From an uncultured Acidobacteriota bacterium (GTDB lineage: Bacteria; Acidobacteriota; Thermoanaerobaculia; UBA5066; Gp7-AA6): a stretch of DNA of 64,000 nt. The stretch covers positions 1,253,004 to 1,317,003 of the forward strand of contig CAVZKA010000002.1 of assembly GCA_963775725.1 (NCBI GenBank). Reading direction: 5' to 3'. A model generated the notes under the pieces. It was not told the origin of the DNA, searched no databases, and saw only the letters and a program-made list of their open reading frames with translations. This document shows, piece after piece, positions 1-11,428 of the stretch (within the stretch, counting starts at the first letter, position 1; the number at the start of each line of letters is the position of its first letter). A program made the translations under genes and the position numbers.

Positions 1-1
1 G

Positions 2-1291
2 ACCGCGGGCCGCGACATCGGCTGGGAGGACTTCCTCGAGGGCGGGCACGGGGAAAGCGGAGAGCACGTTCCGATGGAGTCCAACGAGCCGGCCTTCATC
101 CTCGCGACCTCGGGCACGACCGCCAAGCCGAAGCTGGCGGTGCACACGCACGGCGGCTACGCGGTGCACATCGCGAGCATGGCCCGCTGGTGCTTCGGCC
201 TCAAGTCCGATGACGTCTGGTGGTCGACGTCCGACATCGGCTGGATCGTCGGGCACAGCTACATCGTCTATGCGCCGCTGCTGGCAGGGTGCACGACGCT
301 CGCCTACGAGGGGGCGATCGACCATCCTGATCCCGAGACAGTGTGGAAGATTGCCGAGGATTTCGGCGTGACCGGCATGTTCACGTCTCCCACGGCCGTT
401 CGCCTGCTGATGCGTTACGGCGAAGCGCCGGCGCACCGGCACGATCTCGCGAAGCTCGAGCGGGTGTTCTGCGCCGGGGAAGTGCTCAACGCCCCCGCCT
501 GGGAGTGGCTCCAGGAAAGGGTTTTCCGCGGTCGGGTTCCGGTGATCGACCACATGTGGCAGACGGAGACGGCGGGCCCGGTGTTCGGCAATCCCTACGG
601 CATCGCCATGTTGCCGATCAAGCCGGGCTCGGCGACCGTCGCCCTGCCCGGGATCGACGCCGCGGTGGTCGCCATGGATGGAACACCCTGCGGCACCGGA
701 GAAAAGGGGATCATGGTGGTTAGGCGTCCGTTCCCGGGCCTGACGGCGTCGCTCTGGGGAGAGGCGGAACGGTACGGCCGCGACTACTGGGAGAAGATCC
801 CCGGCGTCTACTGCACCGGGGATTCGGCCCACGTGGACCAGGACGGGTACGTGTGGTTTGCGGGACGGGCCGACGAGCTGATCAAGATCGCGGGGCATCG
901 CATCGGAACGATCGAGGTCGAGACGGCCTGCCTCCAGCACTCGGCGGTGGCCGAGGCCGGCGTGACGGGGCGTCCCGATCCGCTTCGGGGCGAAGTCATC
1001 GCGGCCTTCGTCGTCCTCAAGCAGGGCCACGTTCCGTCCGACGGCTTGAGGCAGGACCTTCTCGAAACGGTCCGGCGCGAGCTCGGCCCGGTCGCGGTGA
1101 TCGGGGACCTCAACTTCGTCAACTCGCTACCGAAGACCCGTAGCGGCAAGATCATGCGCCGCGTTCTGAAGGCCGTCACGCTCGACATGGAGCCCGGCGA
1201 CATCACCACGATCGAGGACGAAGGCTCGGTCGAAGAAGCCCGGGACGCCTGGAGCGCCATGCGCGACCAGGTGCGCGCGAACCGGACCTGA
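2..1291 (+). CDS. AMP-forming acyl-CoA synthetase (acetyl-CoA synthetase family), 5'-truncated by the window edge
   Basis: The frame is open from nt 2. It contains the TSGTTAKPK AMP-binding motif and a C-terminal PKTRSGKIMRRVL motif typical of Acs-family enzymes. It is a paralog of the acs at 9255. Confidence 0.85.
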   Translation, partial: TAGRDIGWEDFLEGGHGESGEHVPMESNEPAFILATSGTTAKPKLAVHTHGGYAVHIASMARWCFGLKSDDVWWSTSDIGWIVGHSYIVYAPLLAGCTTLAYEGAIDHPDPETVWKIAEDFGVTGMFTSPTAVRLLMRYGEAPAHRHDLAKLERVFCAGEVLNAPAWEWLQERVFRGRVPVIDHMWQTETAGPVFGNPYGIAMLPIKPGSATVALPGIDAAVVAMDGTPCGTGEKGIMVVRRPFPGLTASLWGEAERYGRDYWEKIPGVYCTGDSAHVDQDGYVWFAGRADELIKIAGHRIGTIEVETACLQHSAVAEAGVTGRPDPLRGEVIAAFVVLKQGHVPSDGLRQDLLETVRRELGPVAVIGDLNFVNSLPKTRSGKIMRRVLKAVTLDMEPGDITTIEDEGSVEEARDAWSAMRDQVRANRT

Positions 1292-1298
1292 AAGATAT

Positions 1299-1324
1299 CG
1301 GGCGGGAGCCGTTGCTCCCGCCCG
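1299..1324. terminator. GC-rich hairpin between convergent genes (CGGGCGGGAGC-cgtt-GCTCCCGCCCG)
   Basis: An 11-bp perfect stem lies between the acs-like stop (1291) and the porin-like stop (1338). The flanks are U-poor, so it is a terminator or mRNA stabiliser candidate. Confidence 0.4.
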
Positions 1325-1337
1325 AGACGCCGGAGCT

Positions 1338-2594
1338 CTAGAAGTTGTAGAGGCCCGACAGCGCCAGCTGGGTGGAGTGGCGCTGGGTCTCGAGTGCTCC
1401 GACGGAGAGCTTGTCGTAGATGTACTCGAAGCCGAAGGCGAGGGGGCCGCACTTCCAGCGCAGCATCCCGGCGTATTGGATGTTCTTCATGCGGCCGGCC
1501 GCTCCGACCGCGGCAAGGACGTCGGAGTTCTTCGGGTTGTCGATGCCCCAGAAGCCGAAGAGCCCCCAGTTCTTCGTGATATCGAACCCGAGCTGTGCCC
1601 AGCCTCCCTGGCCCTGGATCTTGCCGAACTGGGTGATCATCCCGAACTGCTGGCCGATCGAGTGCCCCGTGTAGCCGTTGCCCTGGATGAGGACCGGCCC
1701 GAGTTGGAACTTGGCCCCGATCTCCACCGCAGAACCCGTGAGCTTGTCGTTCGTGACGCCCGGGCCGCAGGGGTTCGGGGTCGCGCCGCAGCCGGAGGCG
1801 CCGGCCCCGGAAAGGTCCTTTTCGTCGATGTGGCCGACCAGGTAGAAGCCCCACGTGCCGGTGTCGCCGGCCTTACCGCCGATGTTGGCGCGCAGCTCGA
1901 ACTGTGGCCAGGTGGCATTTCCGGCGGTGAGCCAGTTGACGCAGTTGCTCGTCGTGTCGCAGGCCGGTCCGTTCCACGATCCGGACATCACGGCGAACAC
2001 CACGTCGGCCGAGACCGGCGAGCTCTTGTCCGTCAGCTTCTGGGTGACGAAGAGGCCCGGGAAGCGCCAGCCGATGTCGCCGGCCGAGCCGTAGCCGAGC
2101 GGAAATGCGATGTGCGAAAGCGAAACGGCGGTGTTGCCAAAGAGCGGCGACCAGTTCTGGCCGAGCTGAATGGTCGTGCTGCCGTTGGAGACGCTGAGGA
2201 AGCCAAGGCGCAGGCGGGGCACCGGCTGCTGGTCGACGAAGGCGCTGTTCGTGCTGCTGCCGAACCCGCCGAAGAAGTCCATCTCGACCGTGCCGCCGGC
2301 CTTCCAGTCGCCGAGGATCTTGGGGCCGTCGAAGACGAGCGTGAGCCGGGTGTTTCGAATGTCGCCGCCGCCGAACCAGCAATCGACCTCGCACTGTGCT
2401 CCGGCCGGGAACTCGGCGTTCTGGCCGTTGCCGAACGTCGTGCTCTGATTCTGGGCGAAGGCGGTGACGCTGACGAATCCCTTGAGCGTGAGGGTTCCGG
2501 CGCCGCCCAGCTGAACCGTTGCCTGGGCCGAAGCGACGGTCGCCACGAGAAATGAGCATGCCAGGATGACCGTTGAGCGGACCACTGACCTCAT
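1338..2594 (-). CDS. putative outer-membrane beta-barrel porin-like protein
   Basis: It has an N-terminal signal peptide (MRSVVRSTVILACSFLVATVASAQA) and a Gly/aromatic-rich body ending in a C-terminal aromatic residue (…LYNF). A strong AAGGAGGGG RBS sits upstream. Confidence 0.6.
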   Translation of the reverse strand: MRSVVRSTVILACSFLVATVASAQATVQLGGAGTLTLKGFVSVTAFAQNQSTTFGNGQNAEFPAGAQCEVDCWFGGGDIRNTRLTLVFDGPKILGDWKAGGTVEMDFFGGFGSSTNSAFVDQQPVPRLRLGFLSVSNGSTTIQLGQNWSPLFGNTAVSLSHIAFPLGYGSAGDIGWRFPGLFVTQKLTDKSSPVSADVVFAVMSGSWNGPACDTTSNCVNWLTAGNATWPQFELRANIGGKAGDTGTWGFYLVGHIDEKDLSGAGASGCGATPNPCGPGVTNDKLTGSAVEIGAKFQLGPVLIQGNGYTGHSIGQQFGMITQFGKIQGQGGWAQLGFDITKNWGLFGFWGIDNPKNSDVLAAVGAAGRMKNIQYAGMLRWKCGPLAFGFEYIYDKLSVGALETQRHSTQLALSGLYNF

Positions 2595-2836
2595 TGACCC
2601 CTCCTTGTCCTTACGGAATCAGGAATGCGTCGGTGCGGCGAGCCGTCGCCGGGACGCGGGGCGTTCGCTGGCGAACGGCGTCAGGGAGGGCGGGTCATGG
2701 GCCGGTCGAGAGACAGCCTTCTCATTCCCGCCCCGTTGCGGGAGCCGAGGACGCCGTTGCGGGCCGTCGCTTTCGCATCCCCTTTTTCGACCAGTTCAAC
2801 ACTACCTTAACTTCCCCGCCGCCGTCGCGGTTTTTC

Positions 2837-3688
2837 TCACTTGACCGAGCCGAACGTGAACCCGGCTATGAACCGGTCCAGGAAGAGGTTGTAGGCGAAG
2901 CCGATCGGCAGGCTCGTGATCAGGCAGGCGGCCATCAGGGAGCCCCAGTAGTAGACGTCGCCTCGAACCAGGTAAATCGGAACCCCGACCCCGACCGTCT
3001 GGTGAGCCGCGGACGAGATGAAGGTCAGGGCATAGACGAACTCCTGAGTCACCAGCGTGAACGAGAAGATGACCACCGTGAGGATGCCCGAGACGGAGAT
3101 CGGAACCATGAGCCGGAAAAACGCCTGGAAGCGGGTCAGGCCGTCGACCATGGCGGCGTCCTCGAGCTCCCTCGGGATCGACTTGAAGAAGCCCATGAGG
3201 AGCCACGTCGAGAACGGGATCGTGAAGCTCGGGTAGACGACCACGATCGACCAGATCGTGTCCTGCAGGCCGAGGGTCGCGACGACGCGCGAGAGGGGCA
3301 GGAACAGGAGGGTCGGCGGCACCAGGTAGGTCAGGAAGATCGCGATGCCGAGGCGCTCGCCCCAGGGGCCCGTGAGCCGGGCCAGGGCGTACGCCGCCGG
3401 CACGGCCAGGAGCAGCGTGATCGCGACAACGAGCGTGCCCGCCATCGCCGTGTTCCAGAGCCAGCGGGGAAACAGGGTTTCCGTGAAGAGCAGGCGCAGG
3501 TGATCGAGCGTGGGCGGCTCGTTGAAGAGGAAAGGGTTGTTCTCGAGGTTGTAGAGATCGCTCGTGCGCTTGAAGCTCGTGATGAGCATCCAGTAGAAGG
3601 GAAATGCGAGGCCCGCCGAGAAGGTGACGAGGATCGCCCAGCGGAGCGCGACCGCCAGCGCGAGCCTGGGTCGGCGTCCGATCCCCAT
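2837..3688 (-). CDS. carbohydrate ABC transporter permease (MalG/CUT1-like)
   Basis: It has six TM segments and an EAA-like loop, and is last in the SBP-ATPase-permease-permease operon. Confidence 0.85.
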   Translation of the reverse strand: MGIGRRPRLALAVALRWAILVTFSAGLAFPFYWMLITSFKRTSDLYNLENNPFLFNEPPTLDHLRLLFTETLFPRWLWNTAMAGTLVVAITLLLAVPAAYALARLTGPWGERLGIAIFLTYLVPPTLLFLPLSRVVATLGLQDTIWSIVVVYPSFTIPFSTWLLMGFFKSIPRELEDAAMVDGLTRFQAFFRLMVPISVSGILTVVIFSFTLVTQEFVYALTFISSAAHQTVGVGVPIYLVRGDVYYWGSLMAACLITSLPIGFAYNLFLDRFIAGFTFGSVK

Positions 3689-4537
3689 CTAACCGACCTC
3701 CGCGCGGTGGGCCGTCCGGAGCATCCTCCAGGCGACGAGGAGCAGGATCGGCAGCAGGAAGATCGAGATCGCCGCGCCCTCGGCGAGGTCGCTGCCGAGA
3801 ACGCCGGTGAAGAAGGCGAGCGACGGCAGAACCTGGGTCGTGTCGTAGGGGCCACCCCGCGTCAGGATGTAGATCACCGTCATGTCGGTGAAGGTGAAGA
3901 CGATGCCGAAGAGCAGCGCCACGTTGATGATGGGCAGGAGCATCGGAAGGGTGATCTGGAAGAGGGTCCGGAAATAGCCGGCGCCGTCGACCGCGCAGGC
4001 TTCGGGAATGTCCCTGGGGATGGCGGTCCAGCCTGCGAGGAGGATGACCGTGGCGAACGGAAGCACGTGCCACGTGTGAACGAGGATGACCGAGATCATC
4101 GCCAGCGTCGGTTCGCCCAGCCACATCGGCGGCGAGAACTCGTTGACGAGGTGCAGGCGGATGAGGACCCAGTTGATGACGCTGTACAGGGAGTCGAGGA
4201 TCCACTTCCAGCCGATCGATCCGATCGACACGGGGGCCACCCAGGGCAGGATGACGAGGAAGCGAATGACTCTCCGGCCCCGGAAGGCGTCCTTGAGGAC
4301 GAGCGCGAGAACGTTGCCGAGGACGAGCACGAGGATCTGGGAACAGACGGTGAAGACGATCGAATTGCCGAGGGCCCGGCGAAACGCCGGGCTCTCGAGC
4401 ACGGAGGAGAAGTTGGCCAGGCCCACGAAGTGATATCCGGTCGAGCCGACCTTGACGTCCCCGACGGCGTAGTAGAAGGCCAGCAGAAAGGGCACCCCGA
4501 CGACGGCGAGCACGTACAGGATGGCCGGGAGGAGCAT
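3689..4537 (-). CDS. carbohydrate ABC transporter permease (MalF/CUT1-like)
   Basis: The real start (MLLPAILYVLAVVG…) is internal to the long track ORF 3689..5266. The upstream part of that ORF is Arg-rich wrong-frame read-through of the ATPase gene. Confidence 0.85.
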   Translation of the reverse strand: MLLPAILYVLAVVGVPFLLAFYYAVGDVKVGSTGYHFVGLANFSSVLESPAFRRALGNSIVFTVCSQILVLVLGNVLALVLKDAFRGRRVIRFLVILPWVAPVSIGSIGWKWILDSLYSVINWVLIRLHLVNEFSPPMWLGEPTLAMISVILVHTWHVLPFATVILLAGWTAIPRDIPEACAVDGAGYFRTLFQITLPMLLPIINVALLFGIVFTFTDMTVIYILTRGGPYDTTQVLPSLAFFTGVLGSDLAEGAAISIFLLPILLLVAWRMLRTAHRAEVG

Positions 4538-4575
4538 GGCCGGCCCCAGCCAGCCCTGCCGCAGGCGGCGCGGTT

Positions 4576-5616
<1,041 letters not shown>

Positions 5617-5623
5617 GCCGGCG

Positions 5624-6964
5624 TCACTTCCACTTGTCGAAGATCCGCTTGATCTCCTTCTCGGCCGCTCGGGCCGAGTCCTCGGGGGACAGCACGTCCT
5701 GCGCCGCCTTGGCGAACATGGTCGGAATCACGAAGGTGTTGAAGACCTCGTCGATGGCCGCGGTCGCGTAGCCGGGATAGCCCACGTTGGTGGCCCAGTC
5801 GAGGACGTTGGCCAGCACCTTGTACTTGTCGGGGGGATTGGCCTTGGGATCGTTGGATATCTGCTGCGCCAGGTTCGGCACCGTCGAGGGGAAACAGGGG
5901 AAGTTGTAGAACTCGCTTGCCTTGAAGGCCGCCTCGAAATTGTCGATCAAGTCCACCAGGAACTTTTTGGCCCCTTCCTTGTTCTCCGCGAAGTCCCAGA
6001 TGACGTAGCAGTCCATGACGTGCTCGGCGGCGATCCGGCGCACCGGGCCCTTCAGGGCCGGGGACACCCAGATTTTCGCGGACATGTCGGGGTTGTCCTT
6101 CTCGGCCGTTCGCGTCACGGAGATCGCATTGCAGACGAAAGAGAGCTTGCCGGCGAGGATGCCCCGGTTGTTCGAGGAGGGGTCCCACGTGTACACCTCG
6201 GCCGTCTCCGTCTCCTTGTAGAGGGAGCGCATGTACTTGATGGCCTCGATGGTCTCCTTGGAGTAGATCGAGACGTTGCCGGCCGCGTCCTGCACGGATC
6301 CGCCGAAGGACCACAGGAGAGCGCGCATCGCCATGTTCGTGTCGAGCTCCTGGGAGAGGCCGACGCCGACGGGGTTTCCGAACTGGTCCTTGATCTTCTT
6401 GCCGCCGACCCGCAGGTCCTCCCAGGTGTCGGGCCCGTTGGGATAGCCCACTTTCTCCCAGAGGTCCTTTCTGTAGTTGCCGGGATCGGGCACGAATGAA
6501 TCGGAGAAGGCGAAATACTTCTTGCTCTTCGGGTTCAGGGTCGACTTTTCCGCCAGCCCGATCATCTTCCCGTGCTTCTTTTCGACGGTCTCGTAGATCT
6601 CGCGGTGGTCGATGACTTGCTTCTCGTACGCGGCCGGCGGAGAGAGGAACATGAAGAGGTCGTGGCCCTTGTGGGCCGCGACCTCGGCGGCAGCCCGGGC
6701 GTTGACCTCTCCGATCGCGATGTGGTCGACGATGACCTCCGTGTCGTTCTTCTGGCCCCATTCCTTGGTGAAGACCCCGTCGAACCACTTGTCGTATCCG
6801 GGGACGAAGTGGCTCCACTGGACGATCTTCAGAGTCTTGCCGGCCGCGCGGGCGCGGTCCGGAAAGAGAAATGCCGGCCCCCCGGCCGCCAGGGCCCCCG
6901 CCCCGGCCAGCTTCGCGAAGCTCCTCCGAGTCATGCCCCGATTTCGCCTGGCAGACATGGTCAC
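5624..6964 (-). CDS. ABC transporter substrate-binding protein (extracellular solute-binding family 1) with Tat-type signal
   Basis: The N-terminus RRSFAKLAGAGALAAG is a twin-arginine signal, and the body has the SBP_bac_1-like fold composition. Confidence 0.85.
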   Translation of the reverse strand: MTMSARRNRGMTRRSFAKLAGAGALAAGGPAFLFPDRARAAGKTLKIVQWSHFVPGYDKWFDGVFTKEWGQKNDTEVIVDHIAIGEVNARAAAEVAAHKGHDLFMFLSPPAAYEKQVIDHREIYETVEKKHGKMIGLAEKSTLNPKSKKYFAFSDSFVPDPGNYRKDLWEKVGYPNGPDTWEDLRVGGKKIKDQFGNPVGVGLSQELDTNMAMRALLWSFGGSVQDAAGNVSIYSKETIEAIKYMRSLYKETETAEVYTWDPSSNNRGILAGKLSFVCNAISVTRTAEKDNPDMSAKIWVSPALKGPVRRIAAEHVMDCYVIWDFAENKEGAKKFLVDLIDNFEAAFKASEFYNFPCFPSTVPNLAQQISNDPKANPPDKYKVLANVLDWATNVGYPGYATAAIDEVFNTFVIPTMFAKAAQDVLSPEDSARAAEKEIKRIFDKWK

Positions 6965-7007
6965 CTCCCACCTGTACCTCCCGCGCGGGGGTGTCCCGCG
7001 CCGGAGG

Positions 7008-8606
7008 TCAGAAATCTTGCTGGATGTCCCGGTCCTTCGTCTCCCGAATGAAGAGGCTGCCGATGACGAAGCTCATCAGCGCCACGACGATGGGGTACCA
7101 GAGGCCCGCGTAGATGTTGCCCCTCGTCGCCACCATCGCGGTCGCCAGCAGCGGCAGCATGCCGCCGAACCAGCCGTTTCCGATGTGGTACGGCAGGGAC
7201 ATCGACGTGTAGCGGATGCGGGTCGGGAAGAGCTCGACGAGGAAGGCGGCGATCGGGCCGTAGACCATGGTCACGTAGACCACCATGATTACGAGGATCA
7301 GGATCGTCATGGTCCAGTTGATGGCCGACTTGTCGATGGTCGCGGGATACCCCGAATCCTTCAGGGCCGCCTTGTACTTGTCCTCGTTCCAGCCATGGAG
7401 CTCGATCGCCCCGATCTTCGTGATGACGGTCTCGTCGCCAACCGCCGGAAGCTCCTGGAACGACAGGCCGTTCTTGGTCAGGAAGTCTCTGGCCTTGTCG
7501 CAGTCCGAGTAGCGCGTCTTCGGCGTCGGAAAGATGTGCATCGAGCAGTCGCTCGCCGCAACGCTGACGGGCGTCGAGGCCGCGTACTGCTCCAGGGCCG
7601 GGTTGACGTAGTGCGTCAGGCCCTTGAACAGCGGGAAGTAGGTCAGCGCGGCAACCAGGCAGCCCACCATGATGATCCACTTTCGCCCGATCTTGTCCGA
7701 GAGCCAGCCGAAGAAGATGAAGAAGGGCGTTCCGATGACGAGCGAGATGCCGATCAGGTAGTACGTGGTCAGGTAGTCGACCTTGAGATAGAGCGTGAGG
7801 AAGAAGAGCGCGTAGAACTGGCCCGTGTACCAGACGACGCCCTGCCCCGCGGTGGCGCCGACGAGGGCCAGGATGACGACCTTCAGATTCGACCACTTGG
7901 TGAAGCTGTCGGTCAGGGGGGCCTTGGAGCCCTTGCCCTGGGACTTCATTCTCTGGAAGACCGGCGACTCCTGCAGTTTCATCCGGATGTAGACGGAAAA
8001 GGCCAGCAGAATGACGGAAACAAGGAAGGGTACGCGCCAGCCCCAGCTCTTGAAGACTTCGGCGGGCATTTTGACGCGGCACACGCCGATGACGATCAGA
8101 GCCAGCAGGAGGCCGAGTGTTGCGGTCGTCTGGATCCAGGACGTGTCGTAGCCGCGCTTGCCATGGGGGGCGTGCTCGGCGACGTACGTCGCGGCGCCGC
8201 CGTATTCGCCGCCGAGGGCGAGACCCTGGAGCAGGCGCAGGGCAACGAGCAGGATGGGGGCCATGAAGCCGATCGAGGCGTAGGTCGGCAGCAGGCCGAC
8301 GGCGGCCGTCGAGGACCCCATGACGACGATCGTGACCAGGAAGGTGTACTTGCGGCCGACCAGGTCTCCGATTCGGCCGAACACCAGGGCGCCGAAGGGC
8401 CGCACGAGGAATCCGGCGGCGTAGGCGACGAACGACGAGAGCAAGGCCGCGGTGGAATTGCCGGGCGGGAAGAAGAGCGCCGCAAAGAAGGGCGCAAGGG
8501 TCGCGTACAGGTAGAAGTCGTACCACTCGAAGACGGTTCCCAGGGACGAGGCGAAAATGACTCTTTTTTCTTCGGGGGCGAGGGCTTCCGCTGCGGCTTT
8601 CTCCAT
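7008..8606 (-). CDS. MFS transporter, metabolite:H+ symporter (MHS/ProP/KgtP-like) family
   Basis: It has 12 TM helices and the MHS motifs GRIGDLVGRK and GWLSDKIGRK. The start was chosen at MEKAAAE (8606), which has a GGGAGGAA RBS; the longer track ORF to 8960 is upstream read-through. Confidence 0.85.
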   Translation of the reverse strand: MEKAAAEALAPEEKRVIFASSLGTVFEWYDFYLYATLAPFFAALFFPPGNSTAALLSSFVAYAAGFLVRPFGALVFGRIGDLVGRKYTFLVTIVVMGSSTAAVGLLPTYASIGFMAPILLVALRLLQGLALGGEYGGAATYVAEHAPHGKRGYDTSWIQTTATLGLLLALIVIGVCRVKMPAEVFKSWGWRVPFLVSVILLAFSVYIRMKLQESPVFQRMKSQGKGSKAPLTDSFTKWSNLKVVILALVGATAGQGVVWYTGQFYALFFLTLYLKVDYLTTYYLIGISLVIGTPFFIFFGWLSDKIGRKWIIMVGCLVAALTYFPLFKGLTHYVNPALEQYAASTPVSVAASDCSMHIFPTPKTRYSDCDKARDFLTKNGLSFQELPAVGDETVITKIGAIELHGWNEDKYKAALKDSGYPATIDKSAINWTMTILILVIMVVYVTMVYGPIAAFLVELFPTRIRYTSMSLPYHIGNGWFGGMLPLLATAMVATRGNIYAGLWYPIVVALMSFVIGSLFIRETKDRDIQQDF

Positions 8607-9254
8607 CTGGTTCCTCCCTAAAACTTCCGCCACATGAATCCAGAACCGGGCCGTCGGAAATCGTTGACGGTCCGGCCAACAAGATGGGTTGCCGGTGAGA
8701 GGCGAGGCAGCCGGGGGGCTTTCGCGGATCCTCGTGCCGGCAGGGCCGCTGCCCGGCAACGAGTCGGCTCGAAGGGCGCGCTGGCGATATGGCGAGAAGC
8801 CATCGGTCCCGGCACCTCGATATTGTTCGCAGTCTTTTTTAAAAGGGCGACCCGTGTCAAGGGTAAGTCGCGTCATCCCTGCCGAGCGGGACCCGAATCG
8901 GCCGGGGGGTAGCTGATGGCCGCGACCCCGGCCGTTGCGTCCGGCTTGAAGGGGTAACATTGTGGCGCTCTGACCGGATCGCGGTCTTGCCGTAGAAAGG
9001 AATCGCCATGGCCGACGCCGCCGAGAGGCTCCTCGAAGCCTTGCTTCACGAGAAGCTCCGGCTCGCCCGTCCAGCCCGGGCCTGCGCGTGCCCCCGCGGC
9101 GTCCGCGATCTTTCCGCGGCTTCGGCCCCGTCCCCGTGATGCATTTTCACCATGCCGGCGCGCGCGCAAGCCGTACGCTGCACCCGGTGGGCACCGAACC
9201 CAGGACCGGGTGAGCCTCGCTCAACGATCGAAGCAAAGTGACGGAGGCAGAGTC

Positions 9255-11360
9255 ATGGCAGATTCGAAGATGACGCCGGCGGTTGCGGAAACGACCGAGC
9301 ATCAGATTGCGGTTCACTGGAAGGAAGAGGAGTACTTCAACCCTCCGGCCAGCTTCGTCGCCCAGGCCAACCTGAGAGATGCCTCGGTCAACGAGCGCTT
9401 CGCCGAGAAGAACTTCCCGAAGTGCTTCGAAGAATACGCGGACATGCTCACCTGGTACAAACGGTGGGACACGGTGCTCGACACCAGCGATCCGCCGTTC
9501 TGGAAGTGGTTCGTGGGCGGGAAGATCAACGCCTCCTTCAACTGCGTGGACCGCCACCTCGAGAAGTACAAGAACAAGGCGGCTCTGATCGCCGTCCCGG
9601 AGCTGGAGAACGAGGACCCGGTCACCGTCACGTACCAGGAGCTCTTCGTCCGGGTCAACGAGTTCGCCGCGCTCCTGCGCGACTTCGCGGGCTTGAAGGC
9701 CGGCGACCGGGTGACGATCCACATGCCGATGGTCGCGGAGCTGCCCGTGACGATGCTCGCATGCGCGCGCCTGGGGGTGATCCATTCGGTGGTCTTCGGC
9801 GGGTTCAGCGGGGAGGCCTGCGGTCTGCGCGCGGCCGATTCCGGCAGCAACGTCCTGATCTACATGGACGGCTACTACCGCAGCGGCAAGATGATCGACC
9901 ACAAGGCGTCGGCGGAGATCGCGGTGGCCACGGCGGAGAAGGAAGGGCAGACGATCGACAAGGTCCTCGTGTGGAGGCGCTACCCCGGCAAGTACTGCTC
10001 GGCCGCGCCCATGGTGAAAGGGCGCGACTTCTTCGTGGACGACCTTATCGGCAACTACCGCGGCAAGCGCGTCGAGCCCGTGCCGATGGACGCGGAGGCA
10101 CCCCTCTTCCTGATGTACACGAGCGGCACGACCGGCAAGCCCAAGGGCTGCCAGCACCGGACGGGCGGCTACCTCGCCTATGTGACGGGGACCTCGAAGT
10201 ACATCCAGGACATCCACCCGGAGGACGTCTACTGGTGCATGGCGGACATCGGCTGGATCACCGGGCACTCGTACATCGTGTACGGACCCCTGGCGCTGGC
10301 GGCGACGTCGGTCATCTACGAGGGCGTCCCTTCGTACCCCGACGCGGGCCGCGTATGGCGCATCGCCGAACGCCTCGACGTGAACATCTTCCACACGTCT
10401 CCGACGGCCATCCGCATGCTGCGCAAGGCGGGACCCGAAGAGCCGAAGAAGTACCACTACCGCTTCAAGCACATGACGACGGTCGGCGAGCCGATCGAGC
10501 CCGAGGTCTGGCGGTGGTACTACGACGTCGTCGGCAAGCGTGAGGCCGTGATCGTGGACACCTGGTGGCAGACCGAGAACGGCGGGTTCCTGTGCTCGAC
10601 GAAGCCCGCGCTCGATCGGATGAAGCCCGGAAGCGCCGGACCGGGCATGCCCGGCATCTACCCGATCATCAAGGACGAGCAGGGCCAGGATGTCGCCCCG
10701 GGTTCCGGAAAGGCCGGCAACATCTGCATCCGCAACCCCTGGCCGGGCATTTTCCAGACGATCTGGGGCGACCGCGAGCGCTTCGTCCGCCAGTACTATT
10801 CGAAGTACTGCAAGAACACGCAGAGCAAGGACTGGCACGACTGGCCGTACTTTGCGGCCGACGGGGCGGTCCTGCCCGCCGACGGATACTTCCGGATTCT
10901 GGGCCGCGTGGACGACGTCATCAACGTGGCGGGGCACCGGCTGGGCACCAAGGAGCTCGAGTCGGCCTGCCTCACCGTGGAGGAGGTCGCGGAGGCCGCG
11001 GTCGTCCCGGTGGCGGACGAGGTCAAGGGTCGGGTTCCCGAGGTTTACATCGCCCTCAAGCCGGCATACGCGCCGAGCAAGGAGATCACCGACAAGGTGA
11101 TCGCGACGATCGAGACGATGATCGGCAAGATCGCGCGTCCGCGCAAGGTCCACATCGTCCCGGACATGCCGAAGACCCGGTCGGGGAAGATCATGCGGCG
11201 GGTCCTGGCCGCCATCTCGAACACGCTGGACACCGGCGACATCACCACGCTCGCCAACCCCGACGTGGTCGAGCAGATCCGCGTCGCCGTCCAGGGCAAG
11301 GAGAAGGTGGCGACCAGGGAAGGGCCCGAAGACCTGAAGCAGTTCGGCAAGGAAGAGTAG
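9255..11360 (+). CDS. acs: acetyl-CoA synthetase
   Basis: It matches Acs across its full length: YTSGTTGKPKG, and C-terminal PKTRSGKIMRRVLAAI…DTGDITTLANPDVVEQ, which closely matches the E. coli Acs C-terminus including the acetylatable Lys. A GGAGG RBS precedes the MADSKM start. Confidence 0.95.
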   Translation: MADSKMTPAVAETTEHQIAVHWKEEEYFNPPASFVAQANLRDASVNERFAEKNFPKCFEEYADMLTWYKRWDTVLDTSDPPFWKWFVGGKINASFNCVDRHLEKYKNKAALIAVPELENEDPVTVTYQELFVRVNEFAALLRDFAGLKAGDRVTIHMPMVAELPVTMLACARLGVIHSVVFGGFSGEACGLRAADSGSNVLIYMDGYYRSGKMIDHKASAEIAVATAEKEGQTIDKVLVWRRYPGKYCSAAPMVKGRDFFVDDLIGNYRGKRVEPVPMDAEAPLFLMYTSGTTGKPKGCQHRTGGYLAYVTGTSKYIQDIHPEDVYWCMADIGWITGHSYIVYGPLALAATSVIYEGVPSYPDAGRVWRIAERLDVNIFHTSPTAIRMLRKAGPEEPKKYHYRFKHMTTVGEPIEPEVWRWYYDVVGKREAVIVDTWWQTENGGFLCSTKPALDRMKPGSAGPGMPGIYPIIKDEQGQDVAPGSGKAGNICIRNPWPGIFQTIWGDRERFVRQYYSKYCKNTQSKDWHDWPYFAADGAVLPADGYFRILGRVDDVINVAGHRLGTKELESACLTVEEVAEAAVVPVADEVKGRVPEVYIALKPAYAPSKEITDKVIATIETMIGKIARPRKVHIVPDMPKTRSGKIMRRVLAAISNTLDTGDITTLANPDVVEQIRVAVQGKEKVATREGPEDLKQFGKEE

Positions 11361-11428
11361 CGCGGGATCGGAGTCCGGCTCTCGGGCTCGTTCCGCCCGG
11401 GTCTTTCCGGATGGAAGGGGGCCGGGTC

